Shown: positions 38,083-47,485 of the stretch, in pieces
Layout: each line of letters opens with the position of its first letter
How positions within the stretch are numbered: position 1 is the first letter of the stretch
DNA from: Candidatus Omnitrophota bacterium
Lineage (GTDB): Bacteria; Hinthialibacterota; Hinthialibacteria; Hinthialibacterales; Hinthialibacteraceae
Direction: 5' to 3'
Length of the DNA stretch: 64,000 nt
Assembly: GCA_003598175.1 (NCBI GenBank)
Contig: QZKN01000097.1
Location: 23,861-87,860 of the forward strand
Translations under genes and position numbers: made by a program
The notes under the pieces: model-generated
The model's database searches: none
Told to the model about the DNA's origin: nothing
Seen by the model: only the letters and a program-made list of their open reading frames with translations

Positions 38083-39540
38083 TTATTGGCCTGGCCGGAA
38101 AGATTGCGTCTGCGTTGACGTGTTCGTCATGGTGCGATTCCCAAGGGTGGAGGTATTTTGATTGGTGGTGGTTCTTGCCGTGCTTGCGGATGTTTGATTT
38201 TCGAAAATGCCGCGCAGAATCTGTTCTACATTTTGCACGTCGGCGTATTCCAGCTTATAGACATACACTTTTTGCTTTTTTGCCGGATTGGCGTCGAGCA
38301 TTTGAATCATAGCTGCGATCTGCGACATGGTCTCGCTGGCGGCGAAGACGACGAGTGAATCGGTTCTCGGATCGGCGATGGCGCGAACGGTGGTTTGTTG
38401 CAATTTCCAATCGCTGGTTTGTTGTTGGGTGTTGGCGCGAGTCGTTCCACCCATTCCTCCCGGTCCTCCCATAAATCCACCTCTGCCTCCGAATTGGGGA
38501 GCGAACTGGTTGCTTGTTGCCGTGGATTGGTCGGGAAACAATTCGGTGATCAATTCCGCCATTTCCGTGGCGTCGGCATATTGCAGATGGAAAACGCGGA
38601 TTTCGGTGACGTCTTCCACGCTGATATCCACTTCCTTCACCAGTATTTCTATGGTTGGCATCAATTCTTCGGACGCGGTGACGATGAGAGAATTGGTTTG
38701 TTCGTCGGCGACGGCGACTACGCGCGAGGCGGCTTTCAGCGCGTCGCTTTCCTCTTCCTGGTTACCGCCGGGACGTTGTTGTCCCCCTCTGTCGCCGAAT
38801 CCCGGAAAACGACCGGCAAATCCGCCGCGTTGATTTCTGGCATTGCTGTTACTGTCGGTTTGAAACAATTGGGTGATCACTTGCGCCAATTCGCTCGCAT
38901 CGGAGTATTGCAACCGAAACACGCGGATGGAGGCGATGCTGGAAATGGAGGTGTCCAGCGCGCGAATGATTTCGGTCATGCGGCGGATATTTTTTTGTGT
39001 GTCCACGAGCACGATGGCGTTGCTGCTTTCATTGGCGGACATGGTCGCGTATGTCGGAAGCAACGGCTGCAGATTGTTGATCAGTTGCACCGCGTTCGTA
39101 TAGCGGACGGGAATGATCTGCGTAACCATTTCATCCGTTTTGGGAATCCTATTCGGATCGTTGCCCGTTTTCACGGGGAGATCCCGCAGGCGGGCGTCGT
39201 CCCGCCGCACGATGGTCAACGTGCGCTCATTGCGAATGGCGGCATAGCCTTTTTCATGCAGGATGGTGTTGAGTAGATTGACCGCCTCTTCCTTGCTCAA
39301 CGGTTGATGGCTCCATACATCCACGCGGCCATCCACGTTGGTATCCATCACAATGATGAATCCCGCCGCTTCACTTAAATAATCGAGAACGGTTTGCAGC
39401 GGCACGCCGCGAAAATTCAACCGAATCGTTTGCCCATTGTCGTTCCCTGGATTTTGCGCATGCAATGCCGGAGAAGAGAAGCAGCACAACGCCGCGATTA
39501 CGATACAGCCTACTGATTTGAGAAACATTTGGATTTTCAT
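38083..39540 (-). CDS. Secretin N-terminal half (N0 plus three secretin_N domains) with a signal peptide
   Basis: Signal peptide. N0 is NFRGVPLQTVLDYLSEAAGFIIVMD. Three secretin_N repeats (IRVFRLQYSDASELAQVITQLF and similar). It ends in a Thr/Asn-rich tail. It is in the same frame as 36859..38061 but separated from it by two TAA stops. Confidence 0.75.
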   Translation of the reverse strand: MKIQMFLKSVGCIVIAALCCFSSPALHAQNPGNDNGQTIRLNFRGVPLQTVLDYLSEAAGFIIVMDTNVDGRVDVWSHQPLSKEEAVNLLNTILHEKGYAAIRNERTLTIVRRDDARLRDLPVKTGNDPNRIPKTDEMVTQIIPVRYTNAVQLINNLQPLLPTYATMSANESSNAIVLVDTQKNIRRMTEIIRALDTSISSIASIRVFRLQYSDASELAQVITQLFQTDSNSNARNQRGGFAGRFPGFGDRGGQQRPGGNQEEESDALKAASRVVAVADEQTNSLIVTASEELMPTIEILVKEVDISVEDVTEIRVFHLQYADATEMAELITELFPDQSTATSNQFAPQFGGRGGFMGGPGGMGGTTRANTQQQTSDWKLQQTTVRAIADPRTDSLVVFAASETMSQIAAMIQMLDANPAKKQKVYVYKLEYADVQNVEQILRGIFENQTSASTARTTTNQNTSTLGNRTMTNTSTQTQSFRPGQ

Positions 39541-40142
39541 TTTTGCATCTCCTGTCTGCGTCTTTCCATCATCTTTTTGAGAAGATCACTGCTCGATTCG
39601 CCGGGCGCATCGGTTTTTTCCGTTTCGGTGGTCGAAACGGGACTCAATCGATCACCGCCGGACGTTCGACGTTCCCGTGTTTCTCTTCTCGAAGCGCCCG
39701 ATGCGGACGCGAGTTGCCATTCTCCCTGATCCTGCCGGCGCAATGCCATCCCCACCGATAGCGTCAACGGTTGCCCGTTCACCTGCAACTTGATATTGCT
39801 CGTACCGATTTCGACGATCTCGTGATCGGCGATGGTTTCGCCCAATTTGCAAACGGCGTCATATCCGGAATGAGTGCCTTCGAAAAAGGCATAAACCGTC
39901 GCATCCGCAATCATCGTTCCGATTAAACTGAATTCCTCGATAACCGGCGTTGGTTCGACGCGGGGTTGGACGGTTATTTTTTTTCGCCGGTCGGGATTGA
40001 AAATATTGCGTTCGACAAGAATCCGGAATTGCTCGTAACTCCATTTGCCGCTGGAATCCTGATTCTCCGCGGCCACATAAGCAGGCTGGAGGAGGCAAAT
40101 AAGTACGGCCGCGATAAAAGCATTGTATACGTTCGTGTTCAT
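39537..40142 (-). CDS. Putative T2SS GspC/PilP-like periplasmic protein
   Basis: Signal/TM segment, and position between the secretin and the GspM/L genes. Weak sequence evidence. Confidence 0.35.
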   Translation of the reverse strand: MNTNVYNAFIAAVLICLLQPAYVAAENQDSSGKWSYEQFRILVERNIFNPDRRKKITVQPRVEPTPVIEEFSLIGTMIADATVYAFFEGTHSGYDAVCKLGETIADHEIVEIGTSNIKLQVNGQPLTLSVGMALRRQDQGEWQLASASGASRRETRERRTSGGDRLSPVSTTETEKTDAPGESSSDLLKKMMERRRQEMQK

Positions 40143-40170
40143 GATGCAATCTTCACTTTGCTATGGTTTC

Positions 40171-40701
40171 CTAGTTCGTGTCCGCCAGGATGAGTCCGCT
40201 GAAGCGGACGCCAAGCGACAAGCTCTCCCCTTTATCATCGCGCGCTGAGATTTCGATGTTTTCCACTTTCAGCGCCAACGAATCCCGTTCGATTTCATAG
40301 AGAAAACGGGAAAGAGCGGAGATGTCGCCTTGAGCGATAACCTGGCATTCCAACGTTGAATAATTCGGATCGTTTTGTTTCCAATCCGGTTTGAATGAAC
40401 TTCGTTGAATACGGCTTTCCTGAACCCAACGCTCCACCGCCGTCAGGATTTGATTTTCCGCGACGGGCCGATCGGCCGGCAATGCCTCTGCTTTCATTTG
40501 TTGCCAGCGCTGCCGCAAATTCGCCTCCCGTTCGAGAAGCAATTCGCCTTTGTTGACATTATTTTCCAATTCCTCGATTTTTTGCGCCCGCTCCCGCCAC
40601 AGATTCGTGAGAGGAGTCAAAACCAGTTTGTCTCCGGCAAGAGCACAAATACAAATGATGGCGGCAAGAGTTAAATATCGTTCACGATGTTTCTTATCCA
40701 T
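40171..40701 (-). CDS. Putative GspM/PilO-like bitopic membrane protein
   Basis: N-terminal TM then a coiled-coil region. Context supports the call. Confidence 0.4.
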   Translation of the reverse strand: MDKKHRERYLTLAAIICICALAGDKLVLTPLTNLWRERAQKIEELENNVNKGELLLEREANLRQRWQQMKAEALPADRPVAENQILTAVERWVQESRIQRSSFKPDWKQNDPNYSTLECQVIAQGDISALSRFLYEIERDSLALKVENIEISARDDKGESLSLGVRFSGLILADTN

Positions 40702-41233
40702 TTTCGTCTTCCTTCACCTCCGAATTGACGGACGCGAACTGTGAAGTATTCATGTCTCGCAACAGGTGAACCACCAATTTCTCTTTTATTTTTGATAATT
40801 TCACGATTTTCAATAACGGCAGCCATTCCTGAAAACCATTCATGGATTTGACCGGCTCCTGAAATTCCGTCGGCGCGTTCCAGGCAAACGGTTCATGCGA
40901 ACACGATTCGGAGCCGATATGCGTAATGATGACTTTCCGCAGGGGATCGTCATGCCAGATATTCATTCGTCGAATGTTGATTCGCAGGAATTCCAATTCG
41001 TTTACTTTCGGTTCCATATGATCCCAGTGGGACTGAAGAATCGACAATTGTCGGGATTGATACAGGAACATGCCTCCGCCGATCAGAATGAGCAAGCTGA
41101 TGAGGCCGAAAACCATCGCCGTTCCTTGCTCCGTCAACCGGTCGATCCATTTCTCCACTCTCTCCTCAATCAAAATCGAGAGGCAGAAAAGAGAGACCAA
41201 CATCATAAAACAATCATCCTGCCTGACTTTCAT
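40694..41233 (-). CDS. Membrane protein of the T2SS cluster (GspN/PilN-like?)
   Basis: Two hydrophobic helices. Context only. Confidence 0.3.
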   Translation of the reverse strand: MKVRQDDCFMMLVSLFCLSILIEERVEKWIDRLTEQGTAMVFGLISLLILIGGGMFLYQSRQLSILQSHWDHMEPKVNELEFLRINIRRMNIWHDDPLRKVIITHIGSESCSHEPFAWNAPTEFQEPVKSMNGFQEWLPLLKIVKLSKIKEKLVVHLLRDMNTSQFASVNSEVKEDENG

Positions 41234-42716
41234 CGAACGCTCCCTCTTTCCACATGAAATTCAAGGAAAACTGCATCGGCGTTTCTCCCTGCGTTTGCTG
41301 CACCCGCAAATCGAATACCTGCGGATCTTCCTGCAGCAAATTGAACATGGTCAGCCAATCCCGATTGTTGCGCGCAAAGCCGGAGCAGGAAACTCGAGAC
41401 AAATCTCGAATTTCCACCATTTTCACCCAAACCGTTCCTTCTTCCGGAAACGTCTGCGTCAGAGTACGTAAAATGGACAAACCGGGAACGGATTCGTCAA
41501 ACCAGGGACGAAAATTTTTGACTTTTTGCTGAATCGTTTCAATTTCCGCAACTTTTATTTCCATCTGACTCCAACGCGTTTCGAGTCGAGTGAGTTTGAC
41601 ATGCTGATAGATGAACATGGCGATGATGAAGCACGCAGCCAAAACGGCCGACGCGCCGATCCACAGGTTGCCGCGAGAAGACATTCGCATAACCAGCTGC
41701 TTCAACGGATTGACCTGGGGCGGGAGAAATTCCAAAACAGAGGCATTGTCCGTCAGAAATCGTGCCAGAGCCGCTTGAAACGGCAGGGATTCATCTTGAA
41801 TTCCGTTCCAGGAAATGGACGGGATTCTCAACGTATCGCTTCCGGCAGAGAGAGACAATCCCATCCGTTCGATGGCCGGACGCAATCCATCGCAGATCTC
41901 CCGTTTCCAATCATTCGGCGCCAAAACATGTAAGTCGTGAATGGTATTCCGAAGATCGCTATTCAGTTGGCCCAGCGTGATTCTCACTTCGCGAATAACC
42001 GAGTCCACGTCGAAGTTGTTTTCGTATAACTCGCCGCGGATCCCGCTTTGCAATCGCCTTATTGCAACGATGCCTCCTCCGGCCATGACACAAAGGTCGG
42101 TTCCGCTTTCGCACACCTGCAGCACGACTTTTCCGTCGGATCGCCCGTCCTGCAAAGCGGTAATCCCGACGGTTATGCTGATCGGACGAAGTTTCGCCGC
42201 TTTCAACGCATTGGTAAGATGCCGCAATTGATGCGTGGGAATTGCGGCCAGCGTGGCGTTCTGCCTTCCATTCGGAATTTGAAAACATGACATCGACAGA
42301 GAAAGATCGTCGGGGGAAAAGGGAAAGCCGCGTTCCGCTTGTAGTTGAATATAATTTTTCCGATCTTCATCGGAAAGTTGCGGCAACTCGATTTGTTGCG
42401 TCAAAACCCATTTCAACGGAACACAAACAACGCAGCGGTTTTCTCGAATGCCGGCTTCCTCCAACAGATTTAGGATTTCCCGCCCCACCAATTCGGATTC
42501 GTGAGTCAATGGATCGAGCGCCAGTTTCTTCCGGATCGATTTCTCGACGCGCGCACCGCTGTCGTTCCGGCGCATGAGAATGGCGTAGATTAACCCGTCG
42601 TCCAAACCGATTCCCAGAATGGACTTGTATTTTTTTTTCTTTGTCGGACTCACTTTCCTTGCTCCCTTACTAACGCCAATTGGTTGCGTATCTCTCTTCC
42701 AAGCGCCCATCCCCAT
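41214..42716 (-). CDS. GspL/PilM-like actin-fold assembly protein (cytoplasmic domain, TM, periplasmic domain)
   Basis: ILGIGLDDGLIYAIL looks like a PilM/GspL N-terminus. One TM lies about residue 330. The start is probably downstream of 42716 because it overlaps gspK. Confidence 0.5.
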   Translation of the reverse strand: MGMGAWKRDTQPIGVSKGARKVSPTKKKKYKSILGIGLDDGLIYAILMRRNDSGARVEKSIRKKLALDPLTHESELVGREILNLLEEAGIRENRCVVCVPLKWVLTQQIELPQLSDEDRKNYIQLQAERGFPFSPDDLSLSMSCFQIPNGRQNATLAAIPTHQLRHLTNALKAAKLRPISITVGITALQDGRSDGKVVLQVCESGTDLCVMAGGGIVAIRRLQSGIRGELYENNFDVDSVIREVRITLGQLNSDLRNTIHDLHVLAPNDWKREICDGLRPAIERMGLSLSAGSDTLRIPSISWNGIQDESLPFQAALARFLTDNASVLEFLPPQVNPLKQLVMRMSSRGNLWIGASAVLAACFIIAMFIYQHVKLTRLETRWSQMEIKVAEIETIQQKVKNFRPWFDESVPGLSILRTLTQTFPEEGTVWVKMVEIRDLSRVSCSGFARNNRDWLTMFNLLQEDPQVFDLRVQQTQGETPMQFSLNFMWKEGAFDESQAG

Positions 42717-43981
42717 CCACTCAAATCCCTGCGATAGCGTATTTCCGGCGACTCGCCGCTCACGTCAATCAGAAATTGAGTGCGGCGGTATCCTTTATCG
42801 TTCCGTCCGACGGCAATAATGTCGGCGGTGAGTCGGTAGGTGTTCGCGGTAATGTAGGGTCCGGCTTCGATCGCGCCGTCTTCATCCAATACTTCGGACA
42901 ACCATGCCACGCTGTCCAGGTCATCAGAATGCGATTGGCGATAGGAAACCACCTGCGAAGCCTTATTGCTTCCGATTCCCGGCAGACAGGCAAGAACCTC
43001 TACGCCGGCGGTATTGATATTAACCAAACCTTCGATGGAACTCTCTTCCGAAACCGTGAGCTGGTCATCGATTTGAGCAAATTCCTCAAGGGTCATCCCG
43101 CTGCGAATGAAATATTCCAAAAGGCTGCCGTACTCGCTGGTTCCGGAGGTGTTTTGTTCGATCTGACTTGCCCGATCCTCTTCGAACGTATCCTGCAACA
43201 GCTGCGTCAATTCCTCGCTGTCCTCGCTGTTGATATTGATTTTGTCCGCGGTGGATTCCCGACTGTAAACCGTTACGTATTCGAGAATTCCCGGCTCCAA
43301 TCGCCCGTTTTGATTGTCCGCCGGAGGAGAAACGTTACCATCGTTTTCATTCGGATCTAAAACACCGTTGAGATTGGCGTCTTCGCCATACAGGACATCC
43401 CAGTCCGCGCCGAAAAGCAAATGCAGTTCGGCGATGGATTCAAACGGGGCGTTTTTGCATTCGTAGCCGGGATTGCGCGCCATATAGGCTTGCGATTCGG
43501 CGCCGTTCGATGAGACCTCGTCATCTTCATCCCGCCAATCGATGATGGCCGCGGCCAATTCGGAAGTCATTCCCGGCGCCATTTCCAGCATTTCGAGAGT
43601 GGCTGTGTTCAAATTCAATTTCGACGCTTCATCGATCAGGCCGAACACCGGCCGCTCGTCGGCAACATCCAAATCCCCACGGCCGATCAGCCAGAAGAGC
43701 GCATCGCCGACGATCACGGCTTCGGATTCGTAGGAATCACTGGCGGGCATGACTCCCGGCTCTTCCGCATTGGCGAGAATATACATGACATAGCGGACAG
43801 CCCCCTCCATCGCCTGTTCCGCCTGTGTTTGCGCGACCATATTCTCGGCGGCGCGATACTCAAGCATCATGGATCGACCAAATAATAATGCCACACTCAC
43901 CAATCCCGCCGAAATCCATAACACGATGATCAGGATGGATCCACGCAACGAATCGCATAGAGAAATGTGCTTTTTCATCAT
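42650..43981 (-). CDS. gspK: T2SS minor pseudopilin GspK
   Basis: ILIIVLWISAGLVSVALLFGRSMMLEYRAAEN is a typical GspK N-terminus. Confidence 0.7.
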   Translation of the reverse strand: MMKKHISLCDSLRGSILIIVLWISAGLVSVALLFGRSMMLEYRAAENMVAQTQAEQAMEGAVRYVMYILANAEEPGVMPASDSYESEAVIVGDALFWLIGRGDLDVADERPVFGLIDEASKLNLNTATLEMLEMAPGMTSELAAAIIDWRDEDDEVSSNGAESQAYMARNPGYECKNAPFESIAELHLLFGADWDVLYGEDANLNGVLDPNENDGNVSPPADNQNGRLEPGILEYVTVYSRESTADKININSEDSEELTQLLQDTFEEDRASQIEQNTSGTSEYGSLLEYFIRSGMTLEEFAQIDDQLTVSEESSIEGLVNINTAGVEVLACLPGIGSNKASQVVSYRQSHSDDLDSVAWLSEVLDEDGAIEAGPYITANTYRLTADIIAVGRNDKGYRRTQFLIDVSGESPEIRYRRDLSGWGWALGREIRNQLALVREQGK

Positions 43982-44826
43982 GGCGCTCTGCCTCCTCCGC
44001 CGGTATCGGTTCTCTGTTGATTCGATTGCGTTTGATTGCCTCCCGTTTGTGATTGATTTCCGCCCGGTTGTGATTCGTTTGATTCATCCGTTTCCGTGGT
44101 TTCTTCGGTTTCCGAATCCGCGGTTTCTTCCTCTTCCGCTGCCGCAACGGCGACAATCGGAGCCATCATCTCCATGGAAAAAATGTTCCCTTCGATTTCC
44201 CCGCCGGTTGTATTGTCCTGTGTATAGGGAAGGAAACGAATCAACGCATGAATCGCCAGCGGCATGGGTGGATCCTGGCTGGTGGAATCCCACGAATCCA
44301 ACCAGTTTTGGCCGTCGTAATACGTGAATTCCAGCGATTGCACATCATCCAGCAAGACTTGCTCTTCCTCCACCTCTTCCACGGTGGACAACAAATTACG
44401 GATGAGGCTTCGGATCAGGAAATAACCGCCGCGACGGTCCCGGGAATTGGATTCGTATAATGCATATTCCACCTTTTGAATATCGCCGAAGGGGGAATCC
44501 TCACGCAGAACGCCGGTCGAGGTGTACAATTCCAATCGATCCCGACGTTGATTGATTCCGCCTTCGTTTTCCCCGATCAGGGGACCGGCCAGAATCTCGC
44601 CCGTCGGAACGGCGTTGCGGAAATCCCGTTTCATGATCGACAGAGCATATAATTTCGGATTTCTCCGTTCGATATGACGTTCATTGTTTTCGCGGAGTCG
44701 CAGTGATCCATATAACACAGAGTTGATCGCCGCGAGGATCACGGAAAACATGGCGATGGATACCAATAATTCCAACAGTGTGAAAGCGCCGCGCCGTTCA
44801 TATGAATCATACCGACGAACGTTCAT
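43978..44826 (-). CDS. gspJ: T2SS minor pseudopilin GspJ-like
   Basis: Prepilin-type N-terminus GAFTLLELLVSIAMFSVILAAI. Confidence 0.6.
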   Translation of the reverse strand: MNVRRYDSYERRGAFTLLELLVSIAMFSVILAAINSVLYGSLRLRENNERHIERRNPKLYALSIMKRDFRNAVPTGEILAGPLIGENEGGINQRRDRLELYTSTGVLREDSPFGDIQKVEYALYESNSRDRRGGYFLIRSLIRNLLSTVEEVEEEQVLLDDVQSLEFTYYDGQNWLDSWDSTSQDPPMPLAIHALIRFLPYTQDNTTGGEIEGNIFSMEMMAPIVAVAAAEEEETADSETEETTETDESNESQPGGNQSQTGGNQTQSNQQRTDTGGGGRAP

Positions 44827-45254
44827 GAGGTTTCAGACTCCTCGACCAGCGTACTCAAGAGGACATGATACTCATGCTCTTGCACCTTGAACCAAACCAC
44901 GACGGTCAACATCTGCATATCGTCGTAGGGCCAGGTTTCCTCGATAAATTCCCAGCGATATTCCGGCCATTCCTCGCCGAAATCTCCACGGGTACTGCAC
45001 GAACTCCAACTCTCGTTGAGAATCATTTCGTCGAGAAAGCGTTCCGCCAACTGCACCGCCACGATTTTACGGTCGGCAATGACGCCCGCGCGATTCGCGA
45101 TGGCGATGCCGTGCAAGGCGACCGGTATCACGAGCGCCACAAACAACATGGCCGCCAGCGTTTCCGCGAACGTGAAGCCGCTTTCCCGATTCGGCTTACC
45201 GCCCGGAGAGACGCCGATTGCGTAAAAATGAGGAATTGATTTCTCGCTGCTCAT
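44823..45254 (-). CDS. gspI: T2SS minor pseudopilin GspI-like
   Basis: GFTFAETLAAMLFVALVIPV prepilin N-terminus. Confidence 0.6.
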   Translation of the reverse strand: MSSEKSIPHFYAIGVSPGGKPNRESGFTFAETLAAMLFVALVIPVALHGIAIANRAGVIADRKIVAVQLAERFLDEMILNESWSSCSTRGDFGEEWPEYRWEFIEETWPYDDMQMLTVVVWFKVQEHEYHVLLSTLVEESETS

Positions 45255-45804
45255 ATTCCTTTTCCGTCAGAATTTCATAACCGACGAGGAATTCTTTCTG
45301 CGTTACGAAGAGAGAATCCTCCTCATCGTCCTCTTTGTTTCTTCCCATGCGCACAGTGATCAGGCTGGTTTCGTCCTGTGAACCATCCGGCCAATAGCGA
45401 ATATAACCAATACCGTTTTTAAACAGAGAGGATTCCTGTTGAAGCATTTCGATTTTCAAATCCTCATCGATTTCAAACACGAGAATCGGTTCACTTTCGA
45501 TTTCGTAACCGGTCATCGGCCCAAGTTCGTAGAATGTATTCTTGAAGTCGATCCGTAATTCCATCGGAACCGCCAACGAAACCGCCTGGCTTTGCGTATA
45601 GCGAATGCTGTTCAGCATTCTACGCGCTTCTTCCTGCAACGAACGCCCATGAATGAATCGGGATAATGACGGAGCGGTAATCGCGAGAACGGCGGACAGC
45701 AGGGCCATGACCACGATCAGCTCGATCAGCGTGAATCCGCGACTCGAGAACGTCCCTTTTCCATTATTTCCTGCTTCTATCCGTACTCCAATTGGTAATA
45801 TCAT
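45196..45804 (-). CDS. gspH: T2SS minor pseudopilin GspH-like
   Basis: GFTLIELIVVMALLSAVLAI prepilin N-terminus. The real start is probably internal to the listed ORF. Confidence 0.6.
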   Translation of the reverse strand: MILPIGVRIEAGNNGKGTFSSRGFTLIELIVVMALLSAVLAITAPSLSRFIHGRSLQEEARRMLNSIRYTQSQAVSLAVPMELRIDFKNTFYELGPMTGYEIESEPILVFEIDEDLKIEMLQQESSLFKNGIGYIRYWPDGSQDETSLITVRMGRNKEDDEEDSLFVTQKEFLVGYEILTEKEYEQREINSSFLRNRRLSGR

Positions 45805-46240
45805 CGTCGCCGCCTACTCGGCCGTCCGGCCCCATCGACATCAGGTCGTACCCTTTTTGATTGTGTTTGCCGGGATACTCATAAATGTACTCGTTGCCCC
45901 ACGGATCGAGCGGAATATCCTGCTTCAAATAGGGGCCGCGCCAATCCTTGGCGTAGCTGGGCTCCTGCACCAAATCCTCCAGACCGTTGCTGCCTTTGGG
46001 ATAAAAGCCGTTATCCACTTCGAACGCGTCCAGCACAATCTCGAAATTGGCGATTTGCGCCTGGGCGGCGGTGACTCTCGCCTGTTCCGAGCGCCCTGCG
46101 AATTTCGGGACGACAATGGCCGCCAGAGTAGCCAGAATAACGAGCACCAGCAGCATTTCGACCAACGTGAATCCGCTTTGGTTGGCGGAGCGAGATATCG
46201 TTGTTTCCGATCGTTTTAATGGCATGATTCGACCTCCCAT
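45764..46240 (-). CDS. gspG: T2SS major pseudopilin GspG
   Basis: GFTLVEMLLVLVILATLAAIVVP...GPDGRVGGDDDITNW is canonical GspG. Confidence 0.85.
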   Translation of the reverse strand: MGGRIMPLKRSETTISRSANQSGFTLVEMLLVLVILATLAAIVVPKFAGRSEQARVTAAQAQIANFEIVLDAFEVDNGFYPKGSNGLEDLVQEPSYAKDWRGPYLKQDIPLDPWGNEYIYEYPGKHNQKGYDLMSMGPDGRVGGDDDITNWSTDRSRK

Positions 46241-46243
46241 TTT

Positions 46244-47470
46244 TTATTTGATGTAATCCTGTATCGTGAAAATCGGAATTACCATTCCTATGAAAATTGT
46301 ACCAATGAGTCCGGCGATGAGAAACAGCATCAACGGTTCGGCCAAAGCCACCGCGGTTTTCAGTTGCCGATCCAGATCCTCTTCCGTCACGTTCGCAATG
46401 CGCACCAATTCCTGATCCAGCCGTCCGGTCTCCTCCGCCACGGAAATCATTTCCAGCACCGAACTCGCAAACAGTTGCCGGCAATCGGACAGACTGCTTC
46501 CCAATTGATCGCCTTTTTTGACTCGTTCGATCGATTCCGAGACGGCGTCGACCAGAATCTGGTTGTTGATCGATCGACGGGCAACGTTCAATCCTTGGAT
46601 CAAGGGAACGCCCGCGCCGAGCAGCGTCCCCAACATGCGGCAAAAACGCGCCATGGCAAAGCGAGCGGTGAGAGGACCGATAACCGGCACTTGTAACATG
46701 GCGTTCTCCCATTTTCGTTTGCCCTGCTCGGTTTTCAACCAATTCTGCGCCATATAACCGATCACCGCGAATCCGATTGCCGCGAACACGCCGTAATCCC
46801 GAACGATTTCGCTGGCGCCGACGATCAATCGCGTGATCAACGGAAGCGCCGCGCCGAATCCCGCAAAGATAAGTTGGAAGCGCGGAATGAAAAAAACCAG
46901 CAAAAAAATGAGAACGGAAATGGCCAGTACCAACAAGACGGTCGGATAAATCAGAGCCGCGAAAACTTTCGAGCGCAAATCCTTTTCACGTACCTGGAAA
47001 TCGGCGATTTGTCCGAGCACCAAATCCAAAAAACCGCCGGTTTCTCCCGCCTGCACCATCGCCACATAGACGCGCGGAAACGTTTCCGGAAACTGCGCCA
47101 TGGCGTCGGCCAATGGCATCCCGTCGATGACCAAATCATGGACTTCCTTCCATTTTTCGGCAGACGTCGGATTGGACGCCTCGCGATGGAGAATGACTAA
47201 CGCGCGGCTAAGAGGGACTCCCGCGGCCAGAAGATTTGCCAACAGGCGGGTGAAGTTTTCAAGATCGCGAAACGAAACCTTTTTGGATTTCCACCGGAAA
47301 TCAAATCCGCTCTTGGTCTCACTTTTTTCGTTACTCTGCTCCGCAATGTTGACCGGCGTCCATCCGCGAGCCTGCAGCCGGCTGTAGGCGTCCTGGCGGC
47401 CTTGCGCTTCGATGCTGCCTTCGGCCGTCGAGCCGTCGGCTTGAATTACGCGATATCGATACAGGGACAT
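46244..47470 (-). CDS. gspF: T2SS inner-membrane platform protein GspF
   Basis: 408 aa with two repeats of the GspF domain and three TM helices. Confidence 0.85.
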   Translation of the reverse strand: MSLYRYRVIQADGSTAEGSIEAQGRQDAYSRLQARGWTPVNIAEQSNEKSETKSGFDFRWKSKKVSFRDLENFTRLLANLLAAGVPLSRALVILHREASNPTSAEKWKEVHDLVIDGMPLADAMAQFPETFPRVYVAMVQAGETGGFLDLVLGQIADFQVREKDLRSKVFAALIYPTVLLVLAISVLIFLLVFFIPRFQLIFAGFGAALPLITRLIVGASEIVRDYGVFAAIGFAVIGYMAQNWLKTEQGKRKWENAMLQVPVIGPLTARFAMARFCRMLGTLLGAGVPLIQGLNVARRSINNQILVDAVSESIERVKKGDQLGSSLSDCRQLFASSVLEMISVAEETGRLDQELVRIANVTEEDLDRQLKTAVALAEPLMLFLIAGLIGTIFIGMVIPIFTIQDYIK

Positions 47471-47485
47471 TATTCATTCTCGTCT

